Source of the DNA: Marsupella aquatica | Taxonomy: Eukaryota > Plantae > Marchantiophyta | Reading direction: 5' to 3' | Assembly (NCBI GenBank): GCA_973895155.1 | Contig: OZ316893.1 | Span: 26,090,798 to 26,154,797 of the forward strand | DNA length: 64,000 nucleotides | Shown: in pieces, positions 25,766-40,050 of the stretch | How positions within the stretch are numbered: position 1 is the first letter of the stretch | Layout of the letters: every line of letters starts with the position of its first letter | Position numbers and translations under genes: made by a program | The notes under the pieces: generated by a model | Told to the model about the DNA's origin: nothing | The model's input: only the letters and a program-made list of their open reading frames with translations | Database searches by the model: none

Positions 25766-28700
25766 ATTGATAAACACCATACTTGAATAACTCTGAGTTC
25801 TTTTAATTAAAGCCAGCTACTGTACTGCAGCAGTTTACTCATTATAGATTCAGATTTGATCCCTAAGCGAATATAAAGAAGGCAATGCCCCTGGATGTCA
25901 GGTAAAGCCACCTCGTTGTGTTCTCTTGGGAGCCAGGGACTGTTTGTGGCCATAAACAGGTTCCAATCCTGATGCTTATCCTTCAAAACTGAGCTATATT
26001 TCCCATGTCTTGTTTTTCCCCTCCATCCCCTCAAATTATCCCTTCCAATCTCGTGAAAACTCTATTTTAAAATCTATGTCTCCTGCACCCAACCCCTCCT
26101 CCTGAGATACTTAGTTTTGATTTCATATCTTATTTGAAAAACACCCCACTCTTAAAACACCATCCCCCTTACCCTCCCCTTTCCCACCTCAGAAAGCTAT
26201 CCCACCCCTTGGTCCCCTTTCAAGAACATTCTGTGAGAAAATCTACCCCCAAGTTCCAATCCCAACCTCAGCTGGGTTTGCTCATGATGCCTGAGAGATT
26301 TGCTCTCCTGTCAGGTTCCAAGGGCACGTCTGGCCCCAGGCACCTGTTGGTTTTCCGTGTGACCCGTAAAGAGCCCAGTGAGCAAACGGGCAGACAACAC
26401 TATATCTACTATAGAGCTCTCACTTGGCTCAGGAATCTCTTTGATCTTGGGCTATGGCATGAAACCAGTTTAAAGATAGCACAGCATGCACCCAGGCATG
26501 GTAAAGTTAGCAAAGGATGGACATATATATGCTAAAGTTGGTGGAGCATGACTACAGGAGTACATTGCTTACCTTAGTTGAGCATGGCCTCAGGCTCAAA
26601 TTTGCCAAGCATGAGTACAATGCTAGAATTAGCCAAGCATGGATCTGTTGCTAATTTTTATGGAGCATGTGCTGGCTCCGAGTGTTATGGCTCCCAGGGT
26701 TTTAGTGCTGTTATGAATAGCTCATGGCTATTCCAGTCGTTTAACACTCTGATTCCAGATCTAAGAAATGTAAAGTGAAATTATAATAACCTAAATCTTG
26801 CATGATCTCCAATAGCTTAACATCCTTGTTAATTCAAATCCCAACAATGAGGGCCTTTTTCCACACAGCCAGTACTGCTAAATATATTTTTTATTAAACA
26901 ATAAATAACTCAAAAAAGGCTCACATACTATTGTGCTCTGTATTCATCCATGGTTTGCTGTTTATCGACAAATAAAACTTGCACTGGCCACCACCAACCA
27001 AAGGTAGATTCAGGTATTATTAGCTATCACAAGCAGCTCTGACGGCTGAGTTGCTGTGTTCCCTTCAGAACGGCCATTTCTGACCTTAAATTGGTCACTG
27101 AACCCTGGCTTACTCTGGTTTGTGGGTTGCCTGGTCTTACTAGTTTGCATTTTTGTTGACAGGTAAAAATGTTAGTCCTGGGAAAAGCCAGATAGAAAGG
27201 GGCCCTCGTTTTCTCATCTTTGATCCAGATTGTGTGCATTATTGTGTCACACATCCATTCATATGCTGACACCCGGTCACCCATGGTCACCACCCCCAGC
27301 TTCAGTTTCTGTAAAGTACAGAATGTTGGAAAGTATATAAACCTTTGCAACGTAGAGAATGGGAGAAATTATGGAAAAGCCTAGGAAAGTAGGGAATGTG
27401 GGAAAGTATGAGAAATCCTGGAAAGTAGTGTGTGGGAAAGTAGAAAAAAAAGCCTTTCAAATAAAGAAGGGGGGGGGGGGGGGGAGAACATAGTAACGTT
27501 TGCTTACAAGCCATTGCGGGCCATAATTCCCTGTAAACATAGGCTTAAGGTCGAGGTTTGAGGCACGGCTAGTGTTGCCCATGAAGCTCTGGTAACAGGA
27601 TATTAAACGTACTTAAAGGACTAAATAGATGTTCTCAATTTTAGTAAAAGTAGAGGAGAAGCCCATCCAAATCTTGACTGCACATTTTTCTCCATAAAAA
27701 GCTCCAAAATTGAAAACAGAAAAATCATGAAGGGCATTAGCAGGGACAAGCTTTGCAAAGTAGCACATCAGGGAGAAGCTTGCGATGTGGAGCAGCTAGG
27801 AAAGTTTGGAGAAACCTTCCAACCTAGGGTGCCAATTTAGACCATGGTCGAACGTCGCTCTACTGCGCAATAATTGTCTAGGCATCATCCAACCTTCTGT
27901 ACTAAGGTGAGTGTTCGTTGGAGTTTTATACCGGCTTCGCTATGGCTCCCCCGCCAACCCCTCCCATCATTTGATTTTTCGTGGTGAATTTTCATGGTCC
28001 TGGTCGGCTGGCAGGCAACATCAATTGTCATAGGTGGCAACCCCAGCTGTTCACTTATTGATAACGTATTGACTTAGAGACACAATTGACAAGCTCTATT
28101 TTATTTTGCAATTGGGCTACACCCCAAATTATTATTCCACTCGAGCCTATACACGATGAAAGCCTCTACGTACTGGAGCTCAACCTTTCTCCTTGTAAAA
28201 GACCCATGTGACGAACGTGTTTGTTCCTGGGTCCCTTCAGGATATTCTCCCCTTTCTCGGGTGAAACCCTGGTTCAACCTTTGAATTCTCCTTGTAGGGC
28301 CCATCTGATGTATTTGCATGTTGAGTGGACCCCTTTCAGCCACTACTACCCTCGTCATACTCAGGGCATTGTTCCATTGTGGGCTACCCTATATGCAATG
28401 CATGTCACTGTTACAATATGGGTAAACCTTAGTGTTCATCTTCATTATATATCACACTGCCAAAAACCCAAAAAACTGGGAGACAAGATCCATGGCAGGA
28501 ATCCCAAGGGAGAAAAAAGGACAAACCTCCAAGACCCGCCGAGTCAAAACGCATGCAAGCTCAGGGCCCTGAATACACACTTCAGGGCTGCATGGTGAAG
28601 AACCAAGAAGAACACTTCAGCCCTCAAGAATGCAGCCTTCAAGGGCAGTCTTCTTAGTGAAGAATGTGAGGTGGCCCTAATATAGAGCAAACTCTGCACT

Positions 28701-31475
28701 CTGCACACAAGCTCTATGCCACTGCGTTGCAATATGCAAGGAGGGCTGGCCCATAGGGAGTCGGTTGAGGTATTTATGGAACAGCGGAAAACACATATGT
28801 GCTAAGGGTGCACATTTCTTCCATCAATGATCAGGGAAAACAGCTAATGGAATCCAATGGCTATGGATCTTTCCCATCCAGGAGTTTTTTTTTGTATTGG
28901 GACTAAGGATAGAAAAAGGTGAAATCCCTTATTATAGTTGTAGATTTGTAAATGTGAAAGCATGCACCCCTATGTTTTCACCTTCTATGCAGCACTCTGC
29001 ACCAGGCAGCATTGAAAGACAAGATCCAAGTAACAAATAATAAATTTTCCAAGAAAACTATGCCAAAATGGAAAGCTTACTCAAAAGATGTGGCTGTGCG
29101 ACTCTCTTCCCCAAATTGGAAACACTTTCAAGGCCATCCATTTGGCCTATCATGGTCCACGCCGTCCCCCTAACTACTGTTATGCAGCACATCTTCGTGC
29201 CCAGTGGCCGTCAGAGTATTGGGGCACTGGAAAGTGTCTCTCTGGAGAACCCTTAATTAAAATAGTAAAGGTAGTCTTTCTAGCCAAAAGAAACCTTACA
29301 CAGCACGTCCATGTGCCTCTTTCCCAACCAATGGTTCAAACGAATATTCGGTTTTTAGGGAAAGTCTTCCGGTTCCTGCTAAGATCCAACGGTCTTTGCA
29401 TCTCCCTGCCATCTGACAGTCTCTGTGGTACTCTATTTGGATACCTTTCTGTCGTCTGATTTGGAATCGGGGCAGTAAAATGAATGTAATTATTCTGACT
29501 ACAACTGATGCAGTTAATTAATTTTCGTTCAGAGCACGATGATTGCGATTGAGTTAATTCATTAAAATAATTAGTGTCATTTAATCATGCTTTGGATCAA
29601 TAAACCATTTTCTGCTCGCAAAATGATGTAACTGCAGTTTTTCTGTATATAGTGAGGGGGCTGTCCCGCTGTGTACTTTATGGTGTACGGTCATGAGTGA
29701 ACTGTAACGTTTTGTACGGAGGAATTCTAACCTTTCAGATAGTGCCATAGTGGAAAACTTGTCCAAATAATTTACTGAATGCTTGTACTGTTCTCTAAAA
29801 GTAGAATCCCTCTGTTTGTAATCTTGGCAACGAGTATTACTGGCTTGTAGATTTACTAAGCCTTGTTGCATTTCCAAAGGTGGGGCTAACACCCTTTATA
29901 TTTTAAGCGGATATGCTAGGTTCCCGATCATTTGCAGTCTGTTTCAATTAGTTTACCTAATAATAAGTCTCTGCCCATGCCCAAACTACTCGAAACATTT
30001 TTTTGTTGGTTTCAAAGTGATCTTTCTAGGTAGTTTTAGTTTCTCTTTCTTGGTTTTTAGGGGTTTTATTTTGCTTACTTCTTTTGTGTTTGGTTTTGTC
30101 CACTTGGGACCTCTCTTGTTTATTCTTTTGTACTCTATTTGGCCCTTTTCTATAAAAAGTATGTGTTTTCTTTCTTCTAGGTTGCAACAATCAATTCAAG
30201 CATCAAAACCATTGTGATAGATCAATAGCCCATTATATTTTCTCAATAGTAGCCAGAGCTCTTACTTGATACATTAAGGTTTCTAATCGTTGTATCCTAC
30301 CTAATAAGTTGAGCTAATGAAACTTAACCCACCTAGACCACTTTCTTCAGCTTTTTCCAGTTCATACTTCCTTTTGTAGGATGAAGTCCTTTCTTCAAAT
30401 AACTGTAGAAAAGATCAGGCACAAGGTGGTCTTGACTTTGCATGCAACTTGCATTGTGTAAACAATGTCAACAGCTGAACATTCCATTGCACACTTTTCG
30501 TTTGTTGTTTGAAGGGCCTGGTTGTGTTTCATTCCTCCTTCCATTTGAACAGATTTGAAGGGCCAGTTTGTGTTTCATTGCTCCTGGCTTCCCGGCCTGC
30601 TCTGCATTCCTCCTTTCCCAGGGGGTGGCTAGATGTAGATCTAGGCGACTTTGGTGTTCTCTGAACCTTGGTGTTCTCTGAACCTTGGTGTTAACCATGG
30701 CTTCCACAAGGGCTGGGGAACCCACCTCCTTGTCTGAGGGTACGATGCACAAAAATCTAAGATATAGATAGCTAAGGTGCATAATTACACACTTAAAATG
30801 TCTAGTACCAGTTCGCTGCTCTAAATTACCCATCCACCTGAATGTTGTTTATGAAAGTAAGTGAGACATCAACGAAGGTTTTTATTTAGACTAAACTGCC
30901 ACGCGTCAAAGAAGGTTGGCAATTATTACCAACGCGGAGAACAACGAACCTATTTTAGGGTCTAGTTTTCCAACAGAAAAAGTGAAGCGAGGCTCCTATG
31001 GAAGTCAAACTTAACAATTACTAAAAGTGAGCTACTTACCAAGTGTCCATTTGCAAAACGCCAAGCTACACTTTGAAGCCAATGACGGGAGACAAATTTT
31101 TGTGAATGTAAGGGTACTTCTATTTCGCTTTTTAAGATGTTCATAATGGTATGGGGCTGCACACTCGTTATGCCTGGACATGTATAATAGCAACACATCT
31201 AATTGAGAGAGATTGCCAAAAGGTATAAGAGTTTCAAATGGATAGGAATGGCTGCTGTGGTCATGATGATGAACTTTACGAATGCATGGTGAGTGGACCC
31301 TTGGAGATGGGAATCTCCTGTGTTGACTCGAGGGATTGACTGATGCCAACCAAAAGAGAGAAAGATGCTACACGTCCAAGTGTCCAACCTCTACGAACAG
31401 ATGGGCCTTTTTGCTCATTGGATTTTTGGGCTCTCAGGTTTTCCTGTTTTTTCCCGCTGTATTCTCTCCTTTATT

Positions 31476-31910
31476 GAATTTCTTGGCTTTGGAATCCTGT
31501 CTTTCTGCCCTTTATAGAATTTCTTGGCTTTGGAATCCTGTCTTTCTCCCCTTTACTGAATTTCTTGCCTTTGGAATCCTGTCTCACGGTATGGAGCGTT
31601 TTGTTGTGGTCGAGGTTGGAATTTTTAATCAGGGGACCTCCATGCCTGTTGGCACAACAAACAAGCAAACAAATCGAAGCAGCAGCTAACGTTGAAATTT
31701 TCAATCAGAGCACCTCGATGCCTGTTCCCGAAACAAACCAAAAAGAGTGCCTCCATGCTGGTTTTTCAAACGAAACGGAAAGAGCACCTCCATGTTTGTC
31801 CCCAAAACAAACCAAAAAGAGCACCTCCATGTTTGTTCCCAAAAACAAACCGTAAAACAGACAAACAAACAAATTATCGAAGTGGTTAAGGTTGAAATTT
31901 TCAGTCAGGC
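31476..31910. repeat. Minisatellite block: 41-bp unit x3 (31476-31587), then ~35-40-bp GAGCACCTCCATG...AAACAAACC units x4-5
   Basis: GAATTTCTTG(G/C)CTTTGGAATCCTGTCT at 31476, 31517 and 31558; ACCTCCATG-type motif repeated through 31640-31850. Confidence 0.85.
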
Positions 31911-32494
31911 CCGCATGTCCGGGGAAGCATTTGAATAGTGTGACCAATGAGTGGCTTGTCATTGACAATCACAAAACTATCCATGCAAGTGGGTTTGTAA
32001 TGTGGCTATCCTATGCTACATCTGAAAATTCTCCCACAGTGTCCCTATACTCCTGTTACTAGCTGAAGAAACTACAAGGAAAAGACAAGTGTTAGGCAGG
32101 TGGGGTGGACAGCGGGGTTTGCAATGCACAGAGTTGGAAGAAAAAGTAAGAGGCAAACACGTGGGATGCAATGTAAGGTTTCAATTGGAAGATGTGCCAT
32201 GGCCTTCTAAACTGGGAGAATTGTCCACATGGAATATGTCAGCTAGGGAGATTGTTACCAGAAAAGATGGTTAGACAAATCAAGATTGTTAGCACAGCTA
32301 CAGTGTGAAGTCTAGAGGAAGTCACAGGAAAGAGGGGAGGAAGATTGATAACATAGGCTTTGAAATGTTAGTTCCCCACTTGAGACTTGACGCCAACTGT
32401 GCAGCTGCTTAATCTGGGTGGAGTTTCCCATGTTCTTCTTCCCTCCCATAGCAAGAAAGAGGACATAAAACAAACAATGTGCTTTCACTGCCTG

Positions 32495-32600
32495 AATGAT
32501 CCTGATTGTTGATTGACCTGGATAGACCTTGAATCAATGTACCCAAAACTTCAAGGGTCCTATCAAGTAATATTTTTCATTTTGGGATCCATCAAAGCAA
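32495..32600. mobile_element. MITE family A, partial copy (right half)
   Basis: GACCTTGAATCAATGTACCCAAAACTTCAAGGGTCCTATCAAGTAA...TTCATTTTGGGATCCATCAA matches the 41417-41566 copy. Confidence 0.55.
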
Positions 32601-34681
32601 ATACTTGAGGCTCTTGAGGTAAAACAGACTCTCCATCAACCCCCCCATAGGATAACTTTGAACCAGGAACCAACCAACCCTCTTCCATGTCTGAGCGAGT
32701 TTCCATCTAGCCACAGACCCCATTACCCAGAATGTAATGGTAGTCTGCAGTCTAGGAGATCTGACTCTCAAAATATTCTTAGCATCCCCTTTCACAACAT
32801 GTGACAGCCACCTGGCGAAAGGAAAAGAAAAACGCTTCAAAAAGTTAATCTGCTATCTGTACTGTCTGAAGATGACGAGAGCCATATACCAGCCCGAATA
32901 GCGGGGAGCCTTCGGTGGCGACACTTGTATCCCGTATCCGTATCGAGAGCTGACGCGATGACAATTTTGGAGGTCCCGCCAACTTCCGCGCTGGCAGTGG
33001 CGGCAGTCGTGTTCTTCCCCTCCTCGACAAACTACTGGACAGAAAAACGCCTCGAAGTTAGCAATCACCTAAAGTAGCGGCATCGGGATACGTTAACGTA
33101 CCCAGAGTCTGGCTTTACCACTTTACCGGTAAGTTCCCATGTTCCCCCATTTTTAGTTTGTAGCATGGTTTCTTTGTTTGTCCAACGGACTAGAGTTTTT
33201 TGGGGGACGGCGGACAAATTTTGGAAAATTTGCGGAGTATATGACAAATTACAGGGGGCTTGTTGGAGGGGATAAGTTGGGAAGATTCCTATACTGTTGG
33301 ATGCAATATAACGGGCAAAAGCTGGGAGTTAAAATTCAAATACTCAAAACGAGCTATTTGTTGGGATGAGGTCCTGTTTCTTTCAAACTGTTTGTTTGTT
33401 TGTTTGGATAGGGTTTGTAAGTTTGCATAGTCTTTGAAGATAAGAAGTTTGATTAGAATAGCATGAATTTATAGCAAACAGTTTTAGTGAAACAAGAACA
33501 TTTTTAGATATATCTGAACTTGAAGCTGTGAATGAAAATTCAGAGGAAAAATTGATATGAATTTGATATGACTCAATGAAAAAAACAATCATAACCTAAG
33601 CCAATAATACTCGTTTATTTCAATTTTTTTCCAGAAGAGTGTTTATATTGATAATTGACGCTCGAATGAACCAAAGCAGCTAACCATGCATCTTGGATGG
33701 ACTCCAAAGTAGCTTGGTCCATCAGTTCTTGTGACCATTATTTCTTACAATGATCCCTTACCTCAGAAGTGCAATGTTCACTTCATCTAAAAATGGCATG
33801 CACTTATCATTAAGTGTAAGTCAAAAGAATTGTTCAATAGATTGTGTGCTTTACCATAAAAATGTCACTTATAGAGGGTTTCCACTTATATGTGATTTAG
33901 TGCAGCCCTCATTTGCACTTACTCGAACTGCAAAAGATCTGCCGAATGGTGCAAAACAAAGGAAAGAACGGGAATTTTGCAATTATCCAGGTTTTTCACT
34001 TACGGATACTCGATTGTAGTCAGCCGAACTTAACCGCAGCTGGACGGCTGATGGCAGACCCGAAGCATCTACAGTCAATCTTCGCCGTGAGATATAACGC
34101 GAGTTACATGGGCACTAACTCGAGTTAAGTTCGGGCGGGATTGACAGCGCAATGAGTGCCCTCGTGTGGACGGACAGAATCCGCGTCTCAGACTCCTGTC
34201 GGACAGATTAAGTACAATGTTTACGAGTGCAATCAATTACAGAGAGGTTTAATTAAGTAGGTAGGATTAGTCGAAGTGGCACGGAAGATTTAAATGGTAA
34301 GCGCGGAATGTACTGGAGGGCAATTTGGGTTCCAACCTTGCTTTTGGTAAATGTAAGGGAATCAACTGAAACACGAGGAAATGGCATTTCTTTCTTAATT
34401 TCTTTCTTTAAAAACTGTGTGTGTGTTGGCAGATGTGTGTGTGTGGGAGGGTGTTGTCGTTACAGGGGTACAAAGGGGGGTGGCACCATTCTTTTGGCAT
34501 GGAGTCCATTTTTAAAGGAATCACGTGAAACAAGTGGAAAGCATATAAGTTAGGGAGAGACATTTACTTTGGGCTGCGCTAAAGGGGTCTCAAAAGGGGG
34601 ATGTCACCTTTAGTTTGGTATGGAGTCCATTTGGAAAGGAATCAAGTGAAACACGAGGGTAGTACATCAGTTAGGGAGAGA

Positions 34682-35216
34682 ATTTACTTGATGTACCTCT
34701 CAAATGATAAGTGTTACTTTGATGGACCCCATGAATGATCCAGACCCTTGATAGACCTTTACCCAAAACCTCATGGGGTTGGTTGGGGGAAAAAGTTTTA
34801 GTTGAGGCTGAGGTTGAGGGGGTCCATCAAGTAAATGTCTCTCAGTGAAGCGCATCCAAGTACCCAACAAAGTAGTGCAAAAGTGGAGCCAACCAGTAAT
34901 TGGACAAGAATGTCCTATGTTAATATGCTGATGGAAACTATTACCAAGCAACCTTTTCCATTTCCTTTCACCCCCATCCCTACACTTGACAACCATTTGC
35001 AAATCCTGAAGATGTTGGAACAAATCTAAAGCTTAGAGACAAACGAGGGTGACTCCCTCTCTTAGGTATCCTTGTGGCAATGCAACAGTATCTTCCTCCT
35101 AAACCCTAAACCTGATGGCCCCCATGAGTGATCCAGACCATTGCTAGACCTTAAATCAACTTATCCAAAACATGGGGTTGGTTGAGTAGAAAACTTTGGT
35201 TTGGGGGTCCATCAAG
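34682..35216. mobile_element. Two MITE family A-related copies (34682-34836 and 35111-35216)
   Basis: ATTTACTTGATG...CATCAAGTAAAT termini; shared internal TGATCCAGACC..TTG.TAGACCTT and CATGGGGTTGGTTG. Confidence 0.55.
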
Positions 35217-35560
35217 TTGTCTCTCCAAACTACAAAGGCGGGTAGCCCTATAATGGAGAAGGACTCTTGAAGGGTCCTTCTTTTGATGGTCAGCCTGTCT
35301 AGGCTGCCAAAGATTGCCCCAAAAGTGATCGACAGTGCAAACAATGCAACCATCACACAAACAAACTCTGCAGACATCATGATATTGGGGCTTATTCCTG
35401 GGGATGTCTGCAAAATTATGTGATGGCAATTGCAAGTCGCTACACTGGGTAGAGATGCTCTAGGCCAATTGTGCAGAGACAATGCCCCTTAAAAATGAAG
35501 TACAATTGATTTGATTTATCCAGGACAAAAGTAGATGATCAGGCTGTAGTCTCTAAATTA

Positions 35561-35967
35561 CTTATTTAGTTGCCACCTTTGTTGCCCCAGCTTCTTTCCT
35601 GGTACCGCCTCCCCGGTCCCAGCTCTTCGACCCCTGGTCCCTTGGGTTGATGTCCCTTTTTGGGCCCCCTTGTATGTTGGCTATTCTTATTTAGTTGCCA
35701 CCTTTGGTGGCCCAGCTTCTTTCCTGGTACCGGCCTCCCAGGTCTTAGCTCTTCGACCCCTGGTCCCTCGGTTTGGTGTCCCTTTTTGGGCCCCCTTTTT
35801 TGTATGTTGGCTATTTGACTGAAATTCATTTGGTTCTTTCTAGGCCAAAAAACTAAGAAATAGATGATCAGAATTTCAGCTCAAACTCTCCATCATTTGT
35901 ACTGGGCCAAGAAACGAAGAAATAGATGACCAGAATTTCAGCTCAAACTCTCCATCATTTGTACTGG
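35561..35967. repeat. ~125-bp tandem duplication (35561-35816) of a dispersed repeat also present at 48660-48990, followed by a ~60-bp tandem duplication (35855-35967)
   Basis: CTTATTTAGTTGCCACCTTTG...CAGCTTCTTTCCTGGTACC...TTTTTGGGCCCC x2; CAGAATTTCAGCTCAAACTCTCCATCATTTGTACTGG x2. Confidence 0.8.
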
Positions 35968-38499
35968 ATAAAGGATTTAGAGAGCTTGCTATAGAGGGCC
36001 CTGGGTTTCTGTTGGTGTCCGGTTCTGTTGTGGCCTCCTGCCAGTTGTCCCTTGGGCTGCATTCATAGTGTGGCCTGCCGGTTTTCGCCACGGGTCTCTT
36101 GGAACACATTTATGTGCAATGTGGTCTTTCATAAAAAGAAAAAGAAGCTTGCTGTACATTATTAGATAGAGAAGGTACAAAAGGCATTGACAGCTAAAAG
36201 TTTTCGATAGAGTGCATAGGATTGAACGATTCAGCAATCATACACTACAGTCATTCGGAATATTTCTTCAATGAAGAACAAGTCGTTTCCGGTGATTCGG
36301 CCAATTCGCTCTAGTAACGAAACACGTATTGGAATGAATTAAGAAGAGGCAGGCATTGAGATTTCCCGCTATTGGCACATATCTGGGTTTCAAAAGTGAG
36401 TTAAATGCATTAGCATGGAAGTCTCAGTTTTTAATGTTATTTAATGCCAGGTACAAAAGGCAACAAACTCTATTTAGTATACCTAGTTTGTTGTGGTAAT
36501 TACGTCTTTCACATCCTGTCTCAGTTATTGGATTTGCACGTGTTGGCAATATTCTGATTTGATTGTAGAGTTGTGGCGTTTCGTGTCATGGAGTTGTCTG
36601 AAATTGGGTTTCTCCATGATCAAGCTGAGGACAGAATGCAATAGAGTGACAGCATGTCACGAGAAAGGAGCAAAGGAATCATTTCAAACTGGATTTCCTC
36701 TGGCCCTTTTCTGCTCAGTGGGAGAAAAAATGTCAACAGTCAAACTCCTGTCAATTTGAAGTCAAGTCGACGTTCCATGATGATGAAAACTGTATTTGGA
36801 CCCAGTTTCGCAGACTAGATATTAGTTCAACTATCAAACGGAACGACAAATTTCTCTGACCGATTGTCGCCCCTTTCCTGCCTTAAAAAGACTTGTCCCT
36901 GACTTGAAAAAAACCTGCCAGAAATGATTAGAGATGTGATAAACCCACTTACGTTTATCATAATCATTCGAACAATGTGTTCACTGCTACATTTAAATGA
37001 ATGTACAATTTTGATTTAGGCAATCAGGTTCGGCAGGATATGCAAATCAAGGCTGGAGTAATATCGGAAGACTTTGGCAATAACTATACTGAAAAACATT
37101 TTGCTCAAGGACTTTGATTACTGTAGTACAATTTATCCTCTTATCAAGCTTTCGGAATGATCGTTTCATCCACACACAGTACGTTGAACACAATATGATT
37201 ATGTTAGATTGGATATTGTAGAACACTACAGAAAGTTATGAATAAAGATATTCTGAACGGGATTCTGTCATTAAACGAACCTTTCTAGTCATAACGCTTG
37301 CTGAGCAAACAGAGCAAATTCAAGAAATGGTGAGCCCAGTTGTAGCCTCTTGAGCAAACTAGAGCCAGCCCGCACTAGCAAATGACAAGCATTAGGATGA
37401 CTAGATGATCGGTGGGACAGGGAAATTTGGCATCCTCTGAAATCGTCCTTTGACTACAATAAATATAGAAGGATGACTATTTCGAACTCATTCGGAACTC
37501 TGGATCAACTCCAATTCGTTTCCAATGCATCATCTCCAACGTTTCCAAGTTTTCGAACCTTTCCTGTTGAAAGTCTCGGTCATCTCCAACGTTTCCAATT
37601 TCCTCGATCAGGCCGACGATTATTTTTAAGCTCCATGAAAGTCAAGCATTCAAAGATCTGATCGATGTAAGTTGAGATTACGCCTATACAGTAATCACTC
37701 TACTTGAAGGAGTACCAGGATTAGTATCTGCTTGAGCAGATTAGCAAAATCTTTCCACAATGTCTTCTTCGTGATGTGAAGAAGTTCATGACGAAGACGC
37801 GATACACATCTAGAAATTCTTGACTGTAACATTAAGCTAAGAAACTTCCACTGCACATGGTTAAGAATTTTCATCACCACCTACTGGTCACCTAAAGTAA
37901 GTTTACAAGGTTCAAGATCTGGCCATTTTGAAGTCACAATATTTTAATAAATGACGGAGTTGAATTATTCGAAGCGTATCAACATTGCATCCAACCTGGG
38001 CCGCTGTTTTTGAACGTGTGGAAGATGTGAAAACATTGAAATCGTTAAATAAGATTTGACTGGTAGGATGTAAGATTAATCAGTCGGCCAGGACGAAAAA
38101 GGAATTGTTTTGGGTCCTGATCACTGCAGTTACGAGACTGTAATGCCCTCCCTGATCCCTAGTTCCCCTCCCTGATTGGAGTGCCTTTTAAAGTCCAGTC
38201 ATTATCGTGTGTAATAGAAGTTTGCTTGTCTGTCTATCGATGAGTCTTCAATCTCCAGAGAAGTGACTCATCTTTCTAATATTGAATTGGGACTGCACAT
38301 CTTTCTAATTCTGAAATCAGTACTGGTCAAATTGGTGGGGAGTTTTCATCTCTTTCTGAAATCTTTCTACAAGTGTCTTTCAACTCTTTCTACTTGTGAA
38401 ATCTACTCTTTCAGATTCACACAAGTAAAATCTTTCTACTCTTTCAGATTCCCACCTCTTTCAACTATTTGTCAATCTGCAAAAATCACTACAATTGTT

Positions 38500-40050
38500 T
38501 AGGAATTGACATAATTTGATGAATTTTGTTCAACAGCTACTTTTTGCTTGCTTCGATTCGAGACGTGTCAGCCACAGTATTTCTCCAATATTCAACAGAG
38601 TACCATGGTGGGAGAGACAAATATATATCCATGACCGGTCACATCGTTTGCCTGGCTACAACCGCCTTAGCCGTAGGGAAAATAACCCAAAATCCAACTC
38701 ACTTTCGAATGAGTTCCGAATGTACATGCAATTCGAGCAAAGGAGCATTTGAGTAATGCATAAGATAACATCACCTTAAGAATCTTCAATTTTAGTACAA
38801 TATTGTAAACTTGCCGAGCATGGTACCAGAGAAGCCCACAAAGAGATACAGACTCGGAGGAAAACTGTCAAAGGAACCAGGAAAGAGAGCGATGGGGACC
38901 CGAGACCTATCGATTTGGACAGAGTGGTGCAATTTCTGGACAATGAAACCGTAGATGAAGACGAAGGGAAATTCCAGAAAAGCACAAGGAGTGTGGAAGA
39001 CCAGAACCTAGATTCAAGAAAAGAACAGTTGAGTGAGGATGGTCTAACATCAACTGGACAAAAATCAGGAAGCAGCCGAACGAGAGTGAAATGGAGGAAC
39101 AAGTCAAGTACAAGATGAAGGGAACGATCAGGAATGGGATTTGCAGCAAGAGGTAGCAGAACTGGGACCGGAACCTGTGGAAGAAGGAAATCAAGAACCA
39201 GGAACTAACTCGGAGCAAAAGACTGTAGTATACATTCTCAGTCAGGAAGGGGTAATAGAGAAAGAAGAGCAGCTGGTGAAGATTCACCAAAAACTAGCCA
39301 GACAAGAAACCAAGGGGAAATGCAAAATCACTATGGCAGAAGTAATTCCATTGGAGCAACAGCGCGAGCAGACCTCAAAGCAGCAATGGTGGACGAGACT
39401 AAGCCGGGGAGAGATGAAGGAACGATTTACCAAGTTGATTCTTTCACAAGAGAAAGAATCCGGCAAAGGGAAGAAGGAAGGCATGAATGTAGCACTGCAG
39501 ACGACATAGCAGGATAATTCAAAAGAAAGAGCAACACCAGGGACAATGCCTATTTCCAAGACGAGGGGGGTTGAGCAGTTGGCGTTGCTTAATGATCTGA
39601 TTAGCTCCGATTATGAGATTTCGTAACAGCGGGTTGTCTAAGCAGAGGCAGCCACTCGACAAATAATCATAACATTGGAAAGTCAATTACATAAGATGGG
39701 GACATTGCTGAAAGAACAGAAAGCAGTAGAGTTGGCAAACTCCAAGCAAACCGAGGAGCAAGAGGAATGGCAGCAACAAGTAAAAGCTCTTGTGTAAAAT
39801 CGTGAAGAAGCAACCAGGCAGTGAGTACAATTTATTTGAAGCTTTGCAGGTAATGGAGAATGGGTAGCAACAGATGAGTGATCTGGAATGCAGATTGAAT
39901 CAACAAATCCAGCCAAGAATCATTCGAAGTAAGTCAATCAGGCTCGTCAAATTGATTAAGTAGTCGTAGAGACGAAGTCGTTAAAAGCAATGCTTCGGTA
40001 GTTGACTGCTTGTGAATTACCTGAGCATTGATTAAACTGTTACTCTCTAC
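38500..40050 (+). pseudogene. Decayed long ORF, E/K/Q-rich and coiled-coil-like, probably transposon-associated
   Basis: Consecutive open segments (38915-39118, 39141-39509, then in-frame past several stops: ...VEQLALLNDLISSDYEI*...LESQLHKMGTLLKEQKAVELANSKQTEEQEEWQQQVKALV*). Purine-rich coding-like bias; no recognised domain. Confidence 0.4.

Noticed and set aside
27780-30850. LINE/LTR coding remnants
   Set aside because: No RT, RNase H, integrase or endonuclease motif could be identified by eye; BLASTX would be needed.
34024-34134. Inverted repeat CCGAACTTAAC...GTTAAGTTCGG as an ncRNA or miRNA precursor
   Set aside because: Only ~11 bp of terminal pairing with an unpaired interior, and no recognisable RNA family motif.
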